A stretch of 52,793 nucleotides of DNA, from contig CBFDBC010000002.1 in assembly GCA_965602945.1 (NCBI GenBank), positions 1 through 52,793 of the forward strand. Direction: 5' to 3'. A program made the translations under genes and the position numbers. The DNA is from an uncultured bacterium. Its GTDB lineage: Bacteria > Acidobacteriota > Aminicenantia > Aminicenantales > Aminicenantaceae. The notes under the pieces are model-generated. The model ran no database searches. It worked only from the letters and a program-made list of their open reading frames with translations, and was not told where the DNA came from. This document shows, one piece after another, positions 34,057-44,308 of the stretch. Numbering within the stretch: the first letter of the stretch is position 1; the number at the start of each line of letters is the position of its first letter.

Positions 34057-35037
34057 TCACGCGCGGGCGTGCCGTCGGCGGTGCCATTCCCAGGCCGTGC
34101 GGACAATGGTCTCAAGGTCGGAGTGCCGGGGCCGCCATCCCAGCCACTCTTCTGCCCGGGCTCTGGATGCCAGCAGTTCCGGGACATCCCCCTTGCGCCT
34201 GGGACCTTCACTGTACTCGACCGTTTTGCCGGTGACCTCTTCCGTCTTGTGAATGACCTCCCTCACGGAGTAGCCCTGATTGGCGCCCAGGTTGATGAAT
34301 CCGCTTTCGAGCCCCTCCAGGAGCTTCTGCAGGGCCAGGGAATGGGCGTCTGCCAGGTCAGACACGTGGATGTAGTCCCGGACGGCGGTCCCGTCCGGGG
34401 TGGGAAAATCGGTCCCGAAGATCTCGAGGGTCCTGTCTTCTTCCAGCAGCGAACGCAGGATGTTGGGGATGAGATGGGTCTCGGGTTCGTGCAGTTCTCC
34501 CAATTCCCCTTCAGGATCGGCGCCGGCGGCGTTGAAGTACCGGAGCGAAATGAAGCGCAGGCCGTACGCACGGGCATAATCCAGAAGAATGGACTCAACA
34601 AAAGATTTTGTCTGCCCGTAGGGGTTGGCCGGGCGCCGGGGGTGCGTCTCCAGGATGGGAACAGCTTCCGGGTCTCCGTACACAGCCGCCGAGGAGGAGA
34701 AGATGAAAGTATCTATGCCCGCTTCCAGCATGCCATCGAGGAGGTTGAGGCTGTTGATGAGGTTTGCGGCATAATATTTCTGGGGGTCGTGGAAAGATTC
34801 CCCCACCTGGATGAGGGACGCGAAATGCATGACGGCGTCACAGGGAAATTCTGCAAACGCCGATCGCACGTCATGCTCGCTCATCAAATCCCCTTCGATC
34901 ACGTTGCTTCCGCTTACCAGTTCCCTGTGGCCGGTGGAGAAATTGTCAAAGACCGCGACCTCGAATCCAGCCTTGTTTAATGTTTTGACCGTGTGGGATC
35001 CGATGTAGCCGGCCCCGCCCGTGACCAGCACCCTCAT
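34057..35037 (-). CDS. galE: UDP-glucose 4-epimerase
   Basis: 326 aa. Contains MRVLVTGGAGYIGSH and the YGQTK catalytic motif. Confidence 0.88.
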   Translation of the reverse strand: MRVLVTGGAGYIGSHTVKTLNKAGFEVAVFDNFSTGHRELVSGSNVIEGDLMSEHDVRSAFAEFPCDAVMHFASLIQVGESFHDPQKYYAANLINSLNLLDGMLEAGIDTFIFSSSAAVYGDPEAVPILETHPRRPANPYGQTKSFVESILLDYARAYGLRFISLRYFNAAGADPEGELGELHEPETHLIPNILRSLLEEDRTLEIFGTDFPTPDGTAVRDYIHVSDLADAHSLALQKLLEGLESGFINLGANQGYSVREVIHKTEEVTGKTVEYSEGPRRKGDVPELLASRARAEEWLGWRPRHSDLETIVRTAWEWHRRRHARA

Positions 35038-36506
35038 GCCTTTTCCTCCTCGAGCATCCGGCGGGCCGTCTCCAGCCCCTCGTCTCTGGTCTCATACGTG
35101 TTGTCGAGCTGCATCTGGTAGAGCTCTTTCAGAAGCCGTCCCATGCCGGGTCCCGGCGGCACGCCCAAAGCGATCAGGTCCCGGCCCAGGATCAGGGGTT
35201 GGATGCTTTCGCGGTTCACGTTCAGTTCCTGAAACTTCTGCAGCAGCCACTGCGCCTCTTCGTCCAGACCGGTCAGGGGTTTTCCATCCCGGCCCGCCCG
35301 GTCGGCGGCATCCAGATAGATCAGCAGTTCGATCTCTCCGCCGATGTCCGCAGCCAGGCGGTTGAAGGCCTTTTTGGTCACCACGTCACGGTTCGACCAG
35401 AGCTCGGACGCCCGGTGGTGGCAGCGTACCAGGGACAGAACTGTGTCCCGCAGGTCGTATCCCAGGTAGGAGAAGACCTTGAAGCGGTCGAACATTTGAC
35501 GAGCGAGTTTTTCGCCTGCAGTGTCATGCCTGTAGTTGGTGATGATCATCCGCCCCCGCTTGAACTCCCATGCGGCCGTGGCCGGCTTGCCCACGTCATG
35601 GAGCAGGCCGGCCAGGAGCAGGGCCAGTTTCTCCGGCCGCGTTATCCCGACCATCCCGGCCAGGCGGGAGGCCTGGTCCACCGTGTTTTTCGTGTGCTGC
35701 CAGACGCTGTGATGCCCGTAACGGTCCTTTTCCGGGTGGAATTCCGAATCCTGGATGGACAGAGTGAGGGCGAAAAGCTCGGGATAGAGCTGGCGGAGCG
35801 CGCTCAGCATGAACAGCTCTTCCAATCCCCGGGAGGGTAGGGGGGAATCCATCAGGATCTTGAAGAGCTCCTCGTTGATCCGCTCGACGCTGAGGCCGGA
35901 AAGATCCATCTCCTTGGCCGCGGCATAAACATCGGGATCGACTGTGTAGCCCAGGACCGAAGCGAAGCGGGCTGCCCTGAGGACACGCAGCGGGTCATCG
36001 GGAAAGGCGGCCGGGTTGGTCAGTCGCAGGATGCTGCCGGCGATGTCTTCCCGTCCCTGAAAGGGATCGACGACCTGGCCGTCCGCGAGTCGGACGGCGA
36101 TGCTGTTGCAGCGAAAATCCCGGCGCTCCAGGTCCTTTTCGATGGGCAGCTCCGGGTCCGCATCGATGACGAAGTCCTTGTGTCCCCGAACGGCCCTGTC
36201 TTTGGGGATGTCTTTCCGCGGCAGCGCGATATCGTATGTGAGGTTTTCTCGCGTGAACTTGATGACGCCGAAGCTCCTGCCGACCAGGTCGACTCGGCCG
36301 TGCGGCTGCAGCCGCTGTGTGATATCCTCCACGGCGTGGTGCAAAATGAGAAGGTCCAGTTCATCATGCTTCCATTCATCAAGCTTCGGTCCATGCTCCC
36401 GCCTAAGGACATCCCGCACACCTCCCCCGACTACGAAGACATCCTGCTTGAAAAGCCGGACGAAGAGATCCTTGTCCGGGAAGGCGATGCCGAGCTTGTC
36501 CATCAT
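35034..36506 (-). CDS. cca: CCA-adding tRNA nucleotidyltransferase / poly(A) polymerase family protein with an HD domain
   Basis: 490 aa. GGGVRD head-domain motif and a downstream HD domain (LLHDVGKP). It overlaps the galE start by 4 nt. Confidence 0.8.
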   Translation of the reverse strand: MMDKLGIAFPDKDLFVRLFKQDVFVVGGGVRDVLRREHGPKLDEWKHDELDLLILHHAVEDITQRLQPHGRVDLVGRSFGVIKFTRENLTYDIALPRKDIPKDRAVRGHKDFVIDADPELPIEKDLERRDFRCNSIAVRLADGQVVDPFQGREDIAGSILRLTNPAAFPDDPLRVLRAARFASVLGYTVDPDVYAAAKEMDLSGLSVERINEELFKILMDSPLPSRGLEELFMLSALRQLYPELFALTLSIQDSEFHPEKDRYGHHSVWQHTKNTVDQASRLAGMVGITRPEKLALLLAGLLHDVGKPATAAWEFKRGRMIITNYRHDTAGEKLARQMFDRFKVFSYLGYDLRDTVLSLVRCHHRASELWSNRDVVTKKAFNRLAADIGGEIELLIYLDAADRAGRDGKPLTGLDEEAQWLLQKFQELNVNRESIQPLILGRDLIALGVPPGPGMGRLLKELYQMQLDNTYETRDEGLETARRMLEEEKA

Positions 36507-36640
36507 GGCTCCGTGTCAGGATGATGATACCCCAGCCCGGGGATTATTTCAACGAGCGGTGCCCTTGATAGAGACCGTGGTCTGGATATTGCGGGGCGGT
36601 TGGTGTATTCTAGAGTGTCACTCCGTGACCGAGGTATACT

Positions 36641-37477
36641 ATGTGCAGAAGATGGTTCGTATGGATCGTTATGTTGGCGTCGCTGTCGGTTTCGGCACCG
36701 GCCCAGGAAAACGACATCAAGATCGCTCTCGAGGAGAAGCGTGTGGAGAGCCTGAGCCCGGAAGGGCTTGACCTCGTGTTCTACATCCGGCTGGAGAATG
36801 TCTCCTCCCGGGATTATTCCCTTACAGCCAACTCGTACCGGTTCGTGATCCAGGAACAGGAGTATCTGCGGCTCCCTGCGAGAAGCCTGGGCAGGGACCT
36901 GCCGTTGAATCGTGGTTCCAGTGAGAGGATCCGGCTCCCGGTTCGCATCACATACGATAACCTGTACAGAAGCATCGCCGGGGTACAAGACGCAGTCTCG
37001 GTGAACTGCTACATCATGGGTGAGATGGTGTTCGCCCGAGGTCGCCGCCGGGGAGGCAGCCTCCCATTCGCTTTCAGCGCGGAATTCCCCATATTCCGGG
37101 CACCTACCGTGTCCGTGCAGTCGGTCAAGACCAGGGCTCTCACCATCGGGGGCGCAGACCTGGAGGTGGTGCTGAAGATCGCCAATCCCAACGGATTCAG
37201 CCTTGACATGGACGACCTGGAATACGACCTGAAGCTCGGCGGCCACCCGCTCAAACAAGGGCGGATCCGCTCCAGCGATCCTATCGCCTCATCCTCCGAA
37301 CATATCCTGTCCATTCCCCTGCTGTTCAATTTCTATGACGTGGGGAAGGATGTGCATGCCCTCCTGCTGCAGGAGAGTGTCTCCTGCCAGGTGACCGGTA
37401 CCCTGTTCATGCGCACGCAGTGGGAGCGTCTGTCCCTTCCTTTCGAGCTCAACCAGCGGGTTGCTGTCGAACGATAA
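36641..37477 (+). CDS. Secreted tandem LEA_2 / WHy (water-stress and hypersensitive-response) domain protein
   Basis: 278 aa with a signal peptide (MLASLSVSAPAQEN). Two repeats carry the LEA_2-type pattern (VVLKIANPNGFSLDMDDLEYDLKLGG). Confidence 0.7.
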   Translation: MCRRWFVWIVMLASLSVSAPAQENDIKIALEEKRVESLSPEGLDLVFYIRLENVSSRDYSLTANSYRFVIQEQEYLRLPARSLGRDLPLNRGSSERIRLPVRITYDNLYRSIAGVQDAVSVNCYIMGEMVFARGRRRGGSLPFAFSAEFPIFRAPTVSVQSVKTRALTIGGADLEVVLKIANPNGFSLDMDDLEYDLKLGGHPLKQGRIRSSDPIASSSEHILSIPLLFNFYDVGKDVHALLLQESVSCQVTGTLFMRTQWERLSLPFELNQRVAVER

Positions 37478-37516
37478 TATGGGGCGTCATACCGGAGGCG
37501 GTGAGCGGGCCGCGAC

Positions 37517-38410
37517 ATGATGAACACAGCAGCAGGCTCCGTCATCGAGATCAGCGTCATCATCCCCACCTACAACCGCGCGGGCTTCCTGCAGGAGGCC
37601 ATACGATCCGTGCTCGACCAGGATTACTGGCAGGAAGGAACCGGGTGGGAGTTCCTAGTCGTGGACGACGGATCCACGGATGGCACCGCAGAAGTACTCC
37701 GGTCTCACGCGTCGAGCGTCTCCTATGTCCGGCAGCCACACGCCGGAGTCAGCGCCGCACGCAACCGGGGCCTGCGGCTGACCCGGGGTGAGTACGTGGC
37801 GTTCCTGGATTCGGACGATCTGTGGGAACCGCACAAGATCTCCCGCCAGATGCGTTTCATGAAGGAGCGAGCCGAAGCCGTTGTGGTCTGCAGCGAGGAG
37901 ACATGGATCCGGAACGGTGTTTTCGTTAACCCCCGCAGGAAGCACCGCAAGCATTCCGGTTGGGTCTTCGAGAAATTCCTGCCGCTCTGCCTGTTGAGCC
38001 TGTCCTCGGCCCTGTTCCGGAGGCGTGTTTTCGATGAGATCGGGGTTTTCGACGAGGATCTCCCGGCCTGCGAAGACTATGACCTGGGGATCCGCCTGGC
38101 CCACCGATACCCAGTGTACACACTGCCGGATGCGCTGATCGTCAAACGCGGGGGCCATGCGGACCAGCTGTCGAAACAGTACTGGGGGATGGACCGGTTC
38201 CGTGTGTCGGCCCTGGAAAAGGCCCTGGAGCTCGACCTGACACCGGATCAGAGGCGGCTGGTCCAGGCCGAGCTGGCACGCAGATGTCGGATATTGAGCA
38301 TCGGGTACGGCAAGAGGGGCAAGCATGCCGAGGCAAAACCCTATGAAGACCGCCTGCGTCTGTACGGTACGCCCTCCGGATCGACCTGCGATCCCGCTGA
38401 AGGGGCTTAA
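37517..38410 (+). CDS. Family 2 glycosyltransferase
   Basis: 297 aa. GT-A signature: SVIIPTYNRAGFLQEAIRSVLDQ, VVDDGSTDGT and FLDSDD. Confidence 0.85.
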   Translation: MMNTAAGSVIEISVIIPTYNRAGFLQEAIRSVLDQDYWQEGTGWEFLVVDDGSTDGTAEVLRSHASSVSYVRQPHAGVSAARNRGLRLTRGEYVAFLDSDDLWEPHKISRQMRFMKERAEAVVVCSEETWIRNGVFVNPRRKHRKHSGWVFEKFLPLCLLSLSSALFRRRVFDEIGVFDEDLPACEDYDLGIRLAHRYPVYTLPDALIVKRGGHADQLSKQYWGMDRFRVSALEKALELDLTPDQRRLVQAELARRCRILSIGYGKRGKHAEAKPYEDRLRLYGTPSGSTCDPAEGA

Positions 38411-38429
38411 TACAAAAAGGAGGGACGAG

Positions 38430-38948
38430 ATGGGAGTGCTGGATGTGATCAGGGCCCGGAGGAGCGTCCGGGCCTACAAGAGCGAGCCTGTACTCGAGGA
38501 GACACTGGCACGGGTCCTGGAAGCGGCCCGGCTTGCGCCGTCAGGGAAGAACCTGCAGCCCTGGAAGTTCATCCTGGTCCGGGATGAGGAAAAAAAGCGG
38601 CAGCTGGCCGAGGCTTCCCGGGGACAATTCTTCATTGCGGAGGCGCCGCTCGTCATCGTGGCCTGCGGGTATCCCGAACGCAGCTACCAGCGGCAGGGGA
38701 ACTACATGACCTCCTGGACCATCGATGTGAGCATCGCGATAGATCATCTCATGCTGCAGGCGCAGGAGGAAGGGCTGGGGACCTGCTGGATCGGAGCCTT
38801 TGAGGAAACCGCGGTCAAGGCACTCCTCGATGTCCCTGACGCGGTGAAGGTGCTGGCCCTTACACCCCTGGGGTACCCGGCGGAGGCCCCGCCCGACAGG
38901 GGACGTCGCGGCCTCGATAAGATCGTGTGCTACGAACGATATATGTGA
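38430..38948 (+). CDS. Nitroreductase family protein
   Basis: ATG 38430 follows AAGGAGGG. Contains DVIRARRSVRAYKSEP and LAPSGKNLQPWKF. The track ORF 38325 overlaps the GT2 gene. Confidence 0.85.
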   Translation: MGVLDVIRARRSVRAYKSEPVLEETLARVLEAARLAPSGKNLQPWKFILVRDEEKKRQLAEASRGQFFIAEAPLVIVACGYPERSYQRQGNYMTSWTIDVSIAIDHLMLQAQEEGLGTCWIGAFEETAVKALLDVPDAVKVLALTPLGYPAEAPPDRGRRGLDKIVCYERYM

Positions 38949-38960
38949 GGTGAGGGGCGG

Positions 38961-39710
38961 TTAGAACCAGTAGTTGAACGCCAGAGAGATCTGGTATCCG
39001 CTCAGATCGAAGCGCTCGAAACTGGTGAACCTGTCCAGTGTCCCTTTGGCGAAGTTGTACTTGAATTCTCCCTCGAAACTGACCCTGCTTGCCAGGGGCA
39101 GGATGATGCCGCCCAGGCCCTGGAAGCCGAAGGACAGCTTGTTGTCGTCCCGGATGTCTGAAATATAGATAGGGTGGATGAGTACCCCGAGGTCGGTGTC
39201 CTCCCAGACATCGTCAAAATCTATGAGGTCGCCCTGAAGCCTTGCGCTCCAGATGTACAGCCCTACGCCGGCCCCGATGAAAGGGATGACCCTGTTGGCC
39301 CTGCCCAAGGGTGTAAGCTTGACGTTCAGCTGGATGGGTGTGACGGATACGGCAAAGACATGCTGGGGGAAGAAATCGGGTACGCCCACGGATCCCATGG
39401 GATATGCCCAGCGGCCGTCGACGTCGGCGAGCCCGTCCCATTCGTTATAAAAGCCTGACTGCTGCTTGGTGTACCCGTCCACGCTGACCTGCAAGGCTAA
39501 TTCCCTTGTTACGAAGTACTCGTATGCGAATCCGAAAATGGAACCGGTGTAGTCGGACTTGACGAACGTCATGTTCAGGAATTCCGTCTCCCAGAGATCG
39601 CTCCCGGCTCTGGGGAAGAAATATCCGAGTTTGAAGGTGACGAGATCGGAATACACCAGGCAGGGGGAAACCAACAACAGCAACATCAAAATACTACCGA
39701 TTCTTTTCAT
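38961..39710 (-). CDS. Outer-membrane beta-barrel protein
   Basis: Signal peptide MKRIGSILMLLLLVSPCLVYS from ATG 39710 (the track ORF extends to 39812). It has alternating amphipathic strands and a C-terminal ...NYWF typical of OMPs. Confidence 0.7.
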   Translation of the reverse strand: MKRIGSILMLLLLVSPCLVYSDLVTFKLGYFFPRAGSDLWETEFLNMTFVKSDYTGSIFGFAYEYFVTRELALQVSVDGYTKQQSGFYNEWDGLADVDGRWAYPMGSVGVPDFFPQHVFAVSVTPIQLNVKLTPLGRANRVIPFIGAGVGLYIWSARLQGDLIDFDDVWEDTDLGVLIHPIYISDIRDDNKLSFGFQGLGGIILPLASRVSFEGEFKYNFAKGTLDRFTSFERFDLSGYQISLAFNYWF

Positions 39711-39925
39711 GTTTGTACTCCTCGCTTGACTGCCAATGCAAATTCCATGCCAACACGCCATCCCCATTCCCCAGGGGAAAATCCGCGGCAGACTGTGCTC
39801 AAAACAGGTCAATTGTCCTGTATCATAACAGATTTTACCCTATTCCACCCAATTCTGGAACCGTTAATATCTCAGGGAGGGTTTAACTGGTTCGGAAATG
39901 TCGTATACTTACAGAGAGGCCGACA

Positions 39926-40561
39926 ATGCAGACCGAGATCATCCGAACCGACATAGCCAGGGAAGACCCGGAGATACTCCTCAAGGTCGCCGGGATCCTG
40001 GGGCGGGGGGGGCTGATCGTCTATCCCACCGACACCTTTTACGGACTGGGTGCCTCCGGATACCAGGCCGATGCGGTGCGCGGTATCTACCGGGTCAAGC
40101 AGAGGGACGCGAGCAAACCGCTCTCCCTGGTCATTTCGGATTATGCGATGCTTCAGGAAATAGCGGGGGAACTGCCGCCTGTGCTTCGCGCTCTGGCGGA
40201 GACCTTCTGGCCGGGTCCCCTCACCGTGGTCGTTCCCGCGTCTTCCCGGCTACCTGACGTACTGTTTGGGGCCTCCAGGAACATCGGCGTCCGGATTCCC
40301 GATCTTGCCTGGCTCCGTCGGCTGGTCCGGGAGTCGGGATTTCCCCTGACCGCTACCAGCGCCAACCTGTCCGGCGCCGACGAGATCGCCGATCCGCGCG
40401 AGGCCGTCCGGATCTTTCAGGGAAAGGTGGATCTCATCGTCGACGGCGGTGCCACCTCAGGAGGCCGGCCGTCCACCGTGCTCGACCTGAGCGTGCATCC
40501 TCCCAGGATCTTGAGACAGGGGGGCGTATCGCGGGAGCGCCTGCTCCCCTATCTGGCCTAG
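39926..40561 (+). CDS. tsaC: L-threonylcarbamoyladenylate synthase (TsaC/YrdC/Sua5 family)
   Basis: 211 aa. Contains GGLIVYPTDTFYGLGA, KQRDASKPLSL and TATSANLSG. Confidence 0.88.
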   Translation: MQTEIIRTDIAREDPEILLKVAGILGRGGLIVYPTDTFYGLGASGYQADAVRGIYRVKQRDASKPLSLVISDYAMLQEIAGELPPVLRALAETFWPGPLTVVVPASSRLPDVLFGASRNIGVRIPDLAWLRRLVRESGFPLTATSANLSGADEIADPREAVRIFQGKVDLIVDGGATSGGRPSTVLDLSVHPPRILRQGGVSRERLLPYLA

Positions 40562-40588
40562 GCTGCCGCCGGGATCCCCTCTTGGGAT

Positions 40589-42532
40589 TTACTTGACCTT
40601 GGCTCCGGTCGGTATGTCTTCCGAAAAGAAGGGGATGATGGCCGAATCGTCGGGTTTTACTGCAGCCAGGAGCATAGCCTGCGATTCGATCCCCCGGATC
40701 ACGGCCGGTTTCAGGTTGACGATAACGATCAGTTTTTTCCCTGTCAGGTCTTCCGGGGCATAGGTGTCTGCGATGCCTGCGATCATCTGCCGTGTCTCGT
40801 CTCCGATGTCGATCTTCATCTTCACGAGCTTGTTCGTCCCCTCCACTCTTTCGGCCTGGAGGATCTCGGCCACCCTCAGGTCCATGCGCTTGAATTCGTC
40901 AAACGTGATTTGCTCCATTTTACCCTCCTTTGTAGGCTTGTCCGCCGGAATTTTTTCCGGCTCTTCCTCGAGAAAATCCTTGAGATCGACCCGCGGGAAG
41001 AGCTGATCGGGCTTGAGGAATTCGACACCGGCCTCCAGATCGTCGAAATTCAGGTCTGCCAGGTTGGCCTCTCCCGGGGACGCGGCCTCACCCAGGAAAC
41101 GCCAGATCTTGTCTGCAGATTCGGGCATGACCGGATATACCAGGCAGGCGATGGTGCGGATGGCGGCCGCGGCCTGGAAGAGGATACGGCCCAGCCGGGC
41201 CCGCTCTCCTGCCTGTTTCGCCTTCTTCCAAGGTTCGTTGTCCGCCAGATAGCGGTTCACGGTGCTGATGTAGGCCCAGATTTCCTCCAGGGCGCGGTTG
41301 ATGGCCAGGTTGTCGTAATGCTCTATGATCCTGTCCCTGTGCTCCAGGAACTCGGCATTGAGCTGCCTGTCCTCCCCGCCGGCCTCCCCGATCTCCGTCA
41401 TCCGGCCTGAGAAGTAGCTTCGGATCATGGTCAAGACCCGTTGGACCAGGTTTCCCAGATCATTGGCCAGGTCGGAATTGACGCGGTGGATGAATCCTTC
41501 ATGGGAGAAATTGCCGTCCAGCCCCACCGGGATCTCCCGCAGCAGAAAATACCGCAGCGGGTCGGTCCCGAAGGTGTCCAGGATGAGGTGTGGATCCAGC
41601 ACGTTGCCCTTGGATTTGGACATCTTGGTCTTGTCCTTGAGCCACCAGCCGTGGCCGAATACACACTCGGGCAGGGGGAACCCACTCGCCATCAGGAAGG
41701 CCGGCCAGTACACCGCGTGGAAGCGCAGGATGTCTTTCCCGATGAGATGGACGTCAGCCGGCCAGAATTTCCGGTAGAGAGCGTCGTCGCTGCCGAAGCC
41801 TATGCCCGAAAGGTAGTTGTGCAGGGCGTCGAACCAGACATAGACCGTATGGTTGGGATCATCCGGTATCGTGACCCCCCACTGGACCGTCGTCCGCGTG
41901 ATGCTGAGGTCCCTGAGCCCCTGCCGCACGAAGCTCGTTATCTCGTTCATCCGGGATTGGGGGCGGACGAAGGTCGGATTTTCGGCATAGAAATCCAGCA
42001 GGCGTTGCTGATAGGCGGAAAGCCGGAAGAAATAGCATTCCTCTGAAACCTGGCCGGCCTGTCTGCCACAGTCCGGGCAGATCTTGAAACCACCGTCTTC
42101 CAGGGGGACGTCCTCGGATAGGAAGTTCTCATCGGAGACACAGTAGTACCCCTCATACGTCCCCTTGTATATGTCACCCTTGTCCTTGAGCTTCCCGAAG
42201 AGTGACTGCACGACCTGTTCATGATGGGGCTGGGTAGTGCGGATAAAGCCGTCGTAATCGATGTTGAGGGCTTCCCACAGGTCCTTGAACCGGAGGACCA
42301 TTTTATCGGCCAGCTCGATCGGCTGGATGCCTCGGGCTGCGGCCGCCTTTTCAATCTTCTGTCCGTGTTCGTCGGTCCCGGTGAGGAAGAACACATCATG
42401 CCCCATCATCTTTTTGAAGCGCGCGACCGCATCTGCGATGATCGTGGTGTAGGCATGCCCGATGTGGGGGACGTCGTTCACGTAGTAGATCGGTGTCGTG
42501 ATATAGAAAGTTGTCTTAACGTTCTTGCCCAC
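40589..42532 (-). CDS. metG: Methionine--tRNA ligase with a C-terminal tRNA-binding (EMAP-like) domain
   Basis: 647 aa with a GTG start. HIGH motif (PHIGHAYT), KMSKS, a Cys knuckle (CPDCGR) and a C-terminal [15 protein letters not shown] domain. Confidence 0.93.
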   Translation of the reverse strand: MGKNVKTTFYITTPIYYVNDVPHIGHAYTTIIADAVARFKKMMGHDVFFLTGTDEHGQKIEKAAAARGIQPIELADKMVLRFKDLWEALNIDYDGFIRTTQPHHEQVVQSLFGKLKDKGDIYKGTYEGYYCVSDENFLSEDVPLEDGGFKICPDCGRQAGQVSEECYFFRLSAYQQRLLDFYAENPTFVRPQSRMNEITSFVRQGLRDLSITRTTVQWGVTIPDDPNHTVYVWFDALHNYLSGIGFGSDDALYRKFWPADVHLIGKDILRFHAVYWPAFLMASGFPLPECVFGHGWWLKDKTKMSKSKGNVLDPHLILDTFGTDPLRYFLLREIPVGLDGNFSHEGFIHRVNSDLANDLGNLVQRVLTMIRSYFSGRMTEIGEAGGEDRQLNAEFLEHRDRIIEHYDNLAINRALEEIWAYISTVNRYLADNEPWKKAKQAGERARLGRILFQAAAAIRTIACLVYPVMPESADKIWRFLGEAASPGEANLADLNFDDLEAGVEFLKPDQLFPRVDLKDFLEEEPEKIPADKPTKEGKMEQITFDEFKRMDLRVAEILQAERVEGTNKLVKMKIDIGDETRQMIAGIADTYAPEDLTGKKLIVIVNLKPAVIRGIESQAMLLAAVKPDDSAIIPFFSEDIPTGAKVK

Positions 42533-43115
42533 CGGACGCTCCTCCTCCGATCAATGTCATGGCTTCGACCCTGGTGGCGTTGCTGGTACGGAAGGACCCC
42601 CGGACCGCCGAGGTCACCGTGTGGGATTTGGGTTTCTTGGCTCCCCGCATGGACATGCACATGTGCTCGGCTTCGATGACCACCATAACGCCCAGGGGCT
42701 TGAGGGCCGTGTCGATAAGGTCGGCGACATCTTTAGTGAGCCGCTCCTGAACCTGAAGGCGCCGGGCAAAGACATCCACGACGCGAGCGATCTTGCTGAG
42801 GCCCACGATGCGCCCCCCCCTGGGGATGTAGGCGACGTGAGCCACGCCTGCGAAGGGCAGCAGATGGTGTTCGCACATCGAATAGAGCGGGATGTTCTTG
42901 ATCAGCACCATCTCGTCGTGTTTCTCGCCCTGGATGGGCCGGAGATACTTTCCGGCATCCTCATGGGTGCCCCCCAGGATCTCTTTGAACATGTGCGCCA
43001 CCCGGGTCGGTGTCTGTTTGATCCCGGGTCGTTCCAGGTCCTCTCCGATCCCTTCCAGGATGAGCCGCACCCCTTCCTCGATGCGCTTGAGGTCCGCTTT
43101 CTTACCTTTGGACAT
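42516..43115 (-). CDS. folE: GTP cyclohydrolase I (FolE type 1)
   Basis: 199 aa. Contains CEHHLLPF and [11 protein letters not shown]. Its 3' end overlaps the metG start by 17 nt. Confidence 0.92.
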   Translation of the reverse strand: MSKGKKADLKRIEEGVRLILEGIGEDLERPGIKQTPTRVAHMFKEILGGTHEDAGKYLRPIQGEKHDEMVLIKNIPLYSMCEHHLLPFAGVAHVAYIPRGGRIVGLSKIARVVDVFARRLQVQERLTKDVADLIDTALKPLGVMVVIEAEHMCMSMRGAKKPKSHTVTSAVRGSFRTSNATRVEAMTLIGGGASGGQER

Positions 43116-43120
43116 CGGAT

Positions 43121-44308
43121 CTATCCTTCATCCCGCTTGGTTTGCTCCCCGGCGTAGGCCTGCAGGGCTAGGGCGATGATCTCCTTGACCGGCCGGCCGG
43201 TGGCATCCGCCGCCAGGAGACAGTCGTCGAATTCGGGCTGTGTGTTGACCGCCCCGCCTTCCGGCCCGGCCAGCTTGATCCGGATCTTTTTTCCCAGTAC
43301 TTCAACGGTTTCGAAGCAGCGTGCCAGCACGCGGCGTCCTACCGGGAAGTAGCGCACTCCGATCGTGCTTGTCTCGCGGAAGACCAGGTTGACCAGGTCT
43401 TCCAGGGCTGTCTCCTCGGCCAGGACCGTGACCTTGCTGGCCAGGCGGCTCTTCTTCATGACGATCGGGGTCAGGTACACATCCAGTGCCCCCTCCTGCA
43501 GCGCGCGATCCAGAAATCCGGCCAGAACCTGGGGCGTTGAATCGTCGATGTTGGCCTCGATCTGAAAGATTCGCCGGCCGGGCCGCATGCCCACGCTGTC
43601 TCCGTAGAACACCCGCAGCAGGTTGGGAAATTCGGGGAGGTTGCGGCCGCCGGCTCCCCAGCCCACCTTGTCGTAACACAGCTCCGGGAGAGCGGAATAG
43701 GACTTGACCACCGTGGTGAGGATGGCGGCTCCGGTCGGTGTCACCAGTTCCTTCTTGACATGGGCCGAGTAGGTGGGAACGCCCGTGAGGAGCTCGCTCA
43801 CGGCCGGCGCCGGGACCGGGAGCAGGCCGTGTGCCGCCTCTACCCAGCCGCTTCCGACGTTGATGGGAGAGGAGATGAATTCACCGATGTCCAGCATCTC
43901 AGCGAGCACGCTGAAGCCCACGATGTCTACCAGGGCGTCGTCCGCGCCGGCTTCATGGAGGTGGGTTTCCTCCCAGGGCCTCCCGTGGACACGCGCTTCG
44001 GCTTCGAACAGCCGGCGGAATACGGCCAGGGAACGTTCCTTGACTGCCTCGGACAATGAGGCCCGGCTTATGATATCCACGACGTCGGCCCATTTCCGGT
44101 GGACGTGGGCCTCACGGGTGACCTTGACATGGGCTTTGAGCCCGCGCAGGGAGGCTCTCTGTGTCTCTTCGAATGTGATCTCGACCGGGAGTTCCAGACC
44201 GGTCAAGGCATCCAGGAAGGCCGCCCTGTCGGGGCCGAGGTCCAGGAGTGCGCCCAGGATCATGTCGCCGCTGCAGCCCGCGAAGGCATCGAAGTACACA
44301 AATTTCAT
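43121..44308 (-). CDS. larC: LarC family nickel-insertion protein (DUF111; nickel-pincer cofactor biosynthesis)
   Basis: 395 aa. The N-terminus [25 protein letters not shown] is the LarC/DUF111 signature. Confidence 0.85.
   Translation of the reverse strand: MKFVYFDAFAGCSGDMILGALLDLGPDRAAFLDALTGLELPVEITFEETQRASLRGLKAHVKVTREAHVHRKWADVVDIISRASLSEAVKERSLAVFRRLFEAEARVHGRPWEETHLHEAGADDALVDIVGFSVLAEMLDIGEFISSPINVGSGWVEAAHGLLPVPAPAVSELLTGVPTYSAHVKKELVTPTGAAILTTVVKSYSALPELCYDKVGWGAGGRNLPEFPNLLRVFYGDSVGMRPGRRIFQIEANIDDSTPQVLAGFLDRALQEGALDVYLTPIVMKKSRLASKVTVLAEETALEDLVNLVFRETSTIGVRYFPVGRRVLARCFETVEVLGKKIRIKLAGPEGGAVNTQPEFDDCLLAADATGRPVKEIIALALQAYAGEQTKRDEG

Noticed and set aside
40562-40588. Bidirectional terminator between convergent tsaC and metG
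   Set aside because: Only a 5-bp stem (atccc/gggat) can be formed, which is insufficient evidence.
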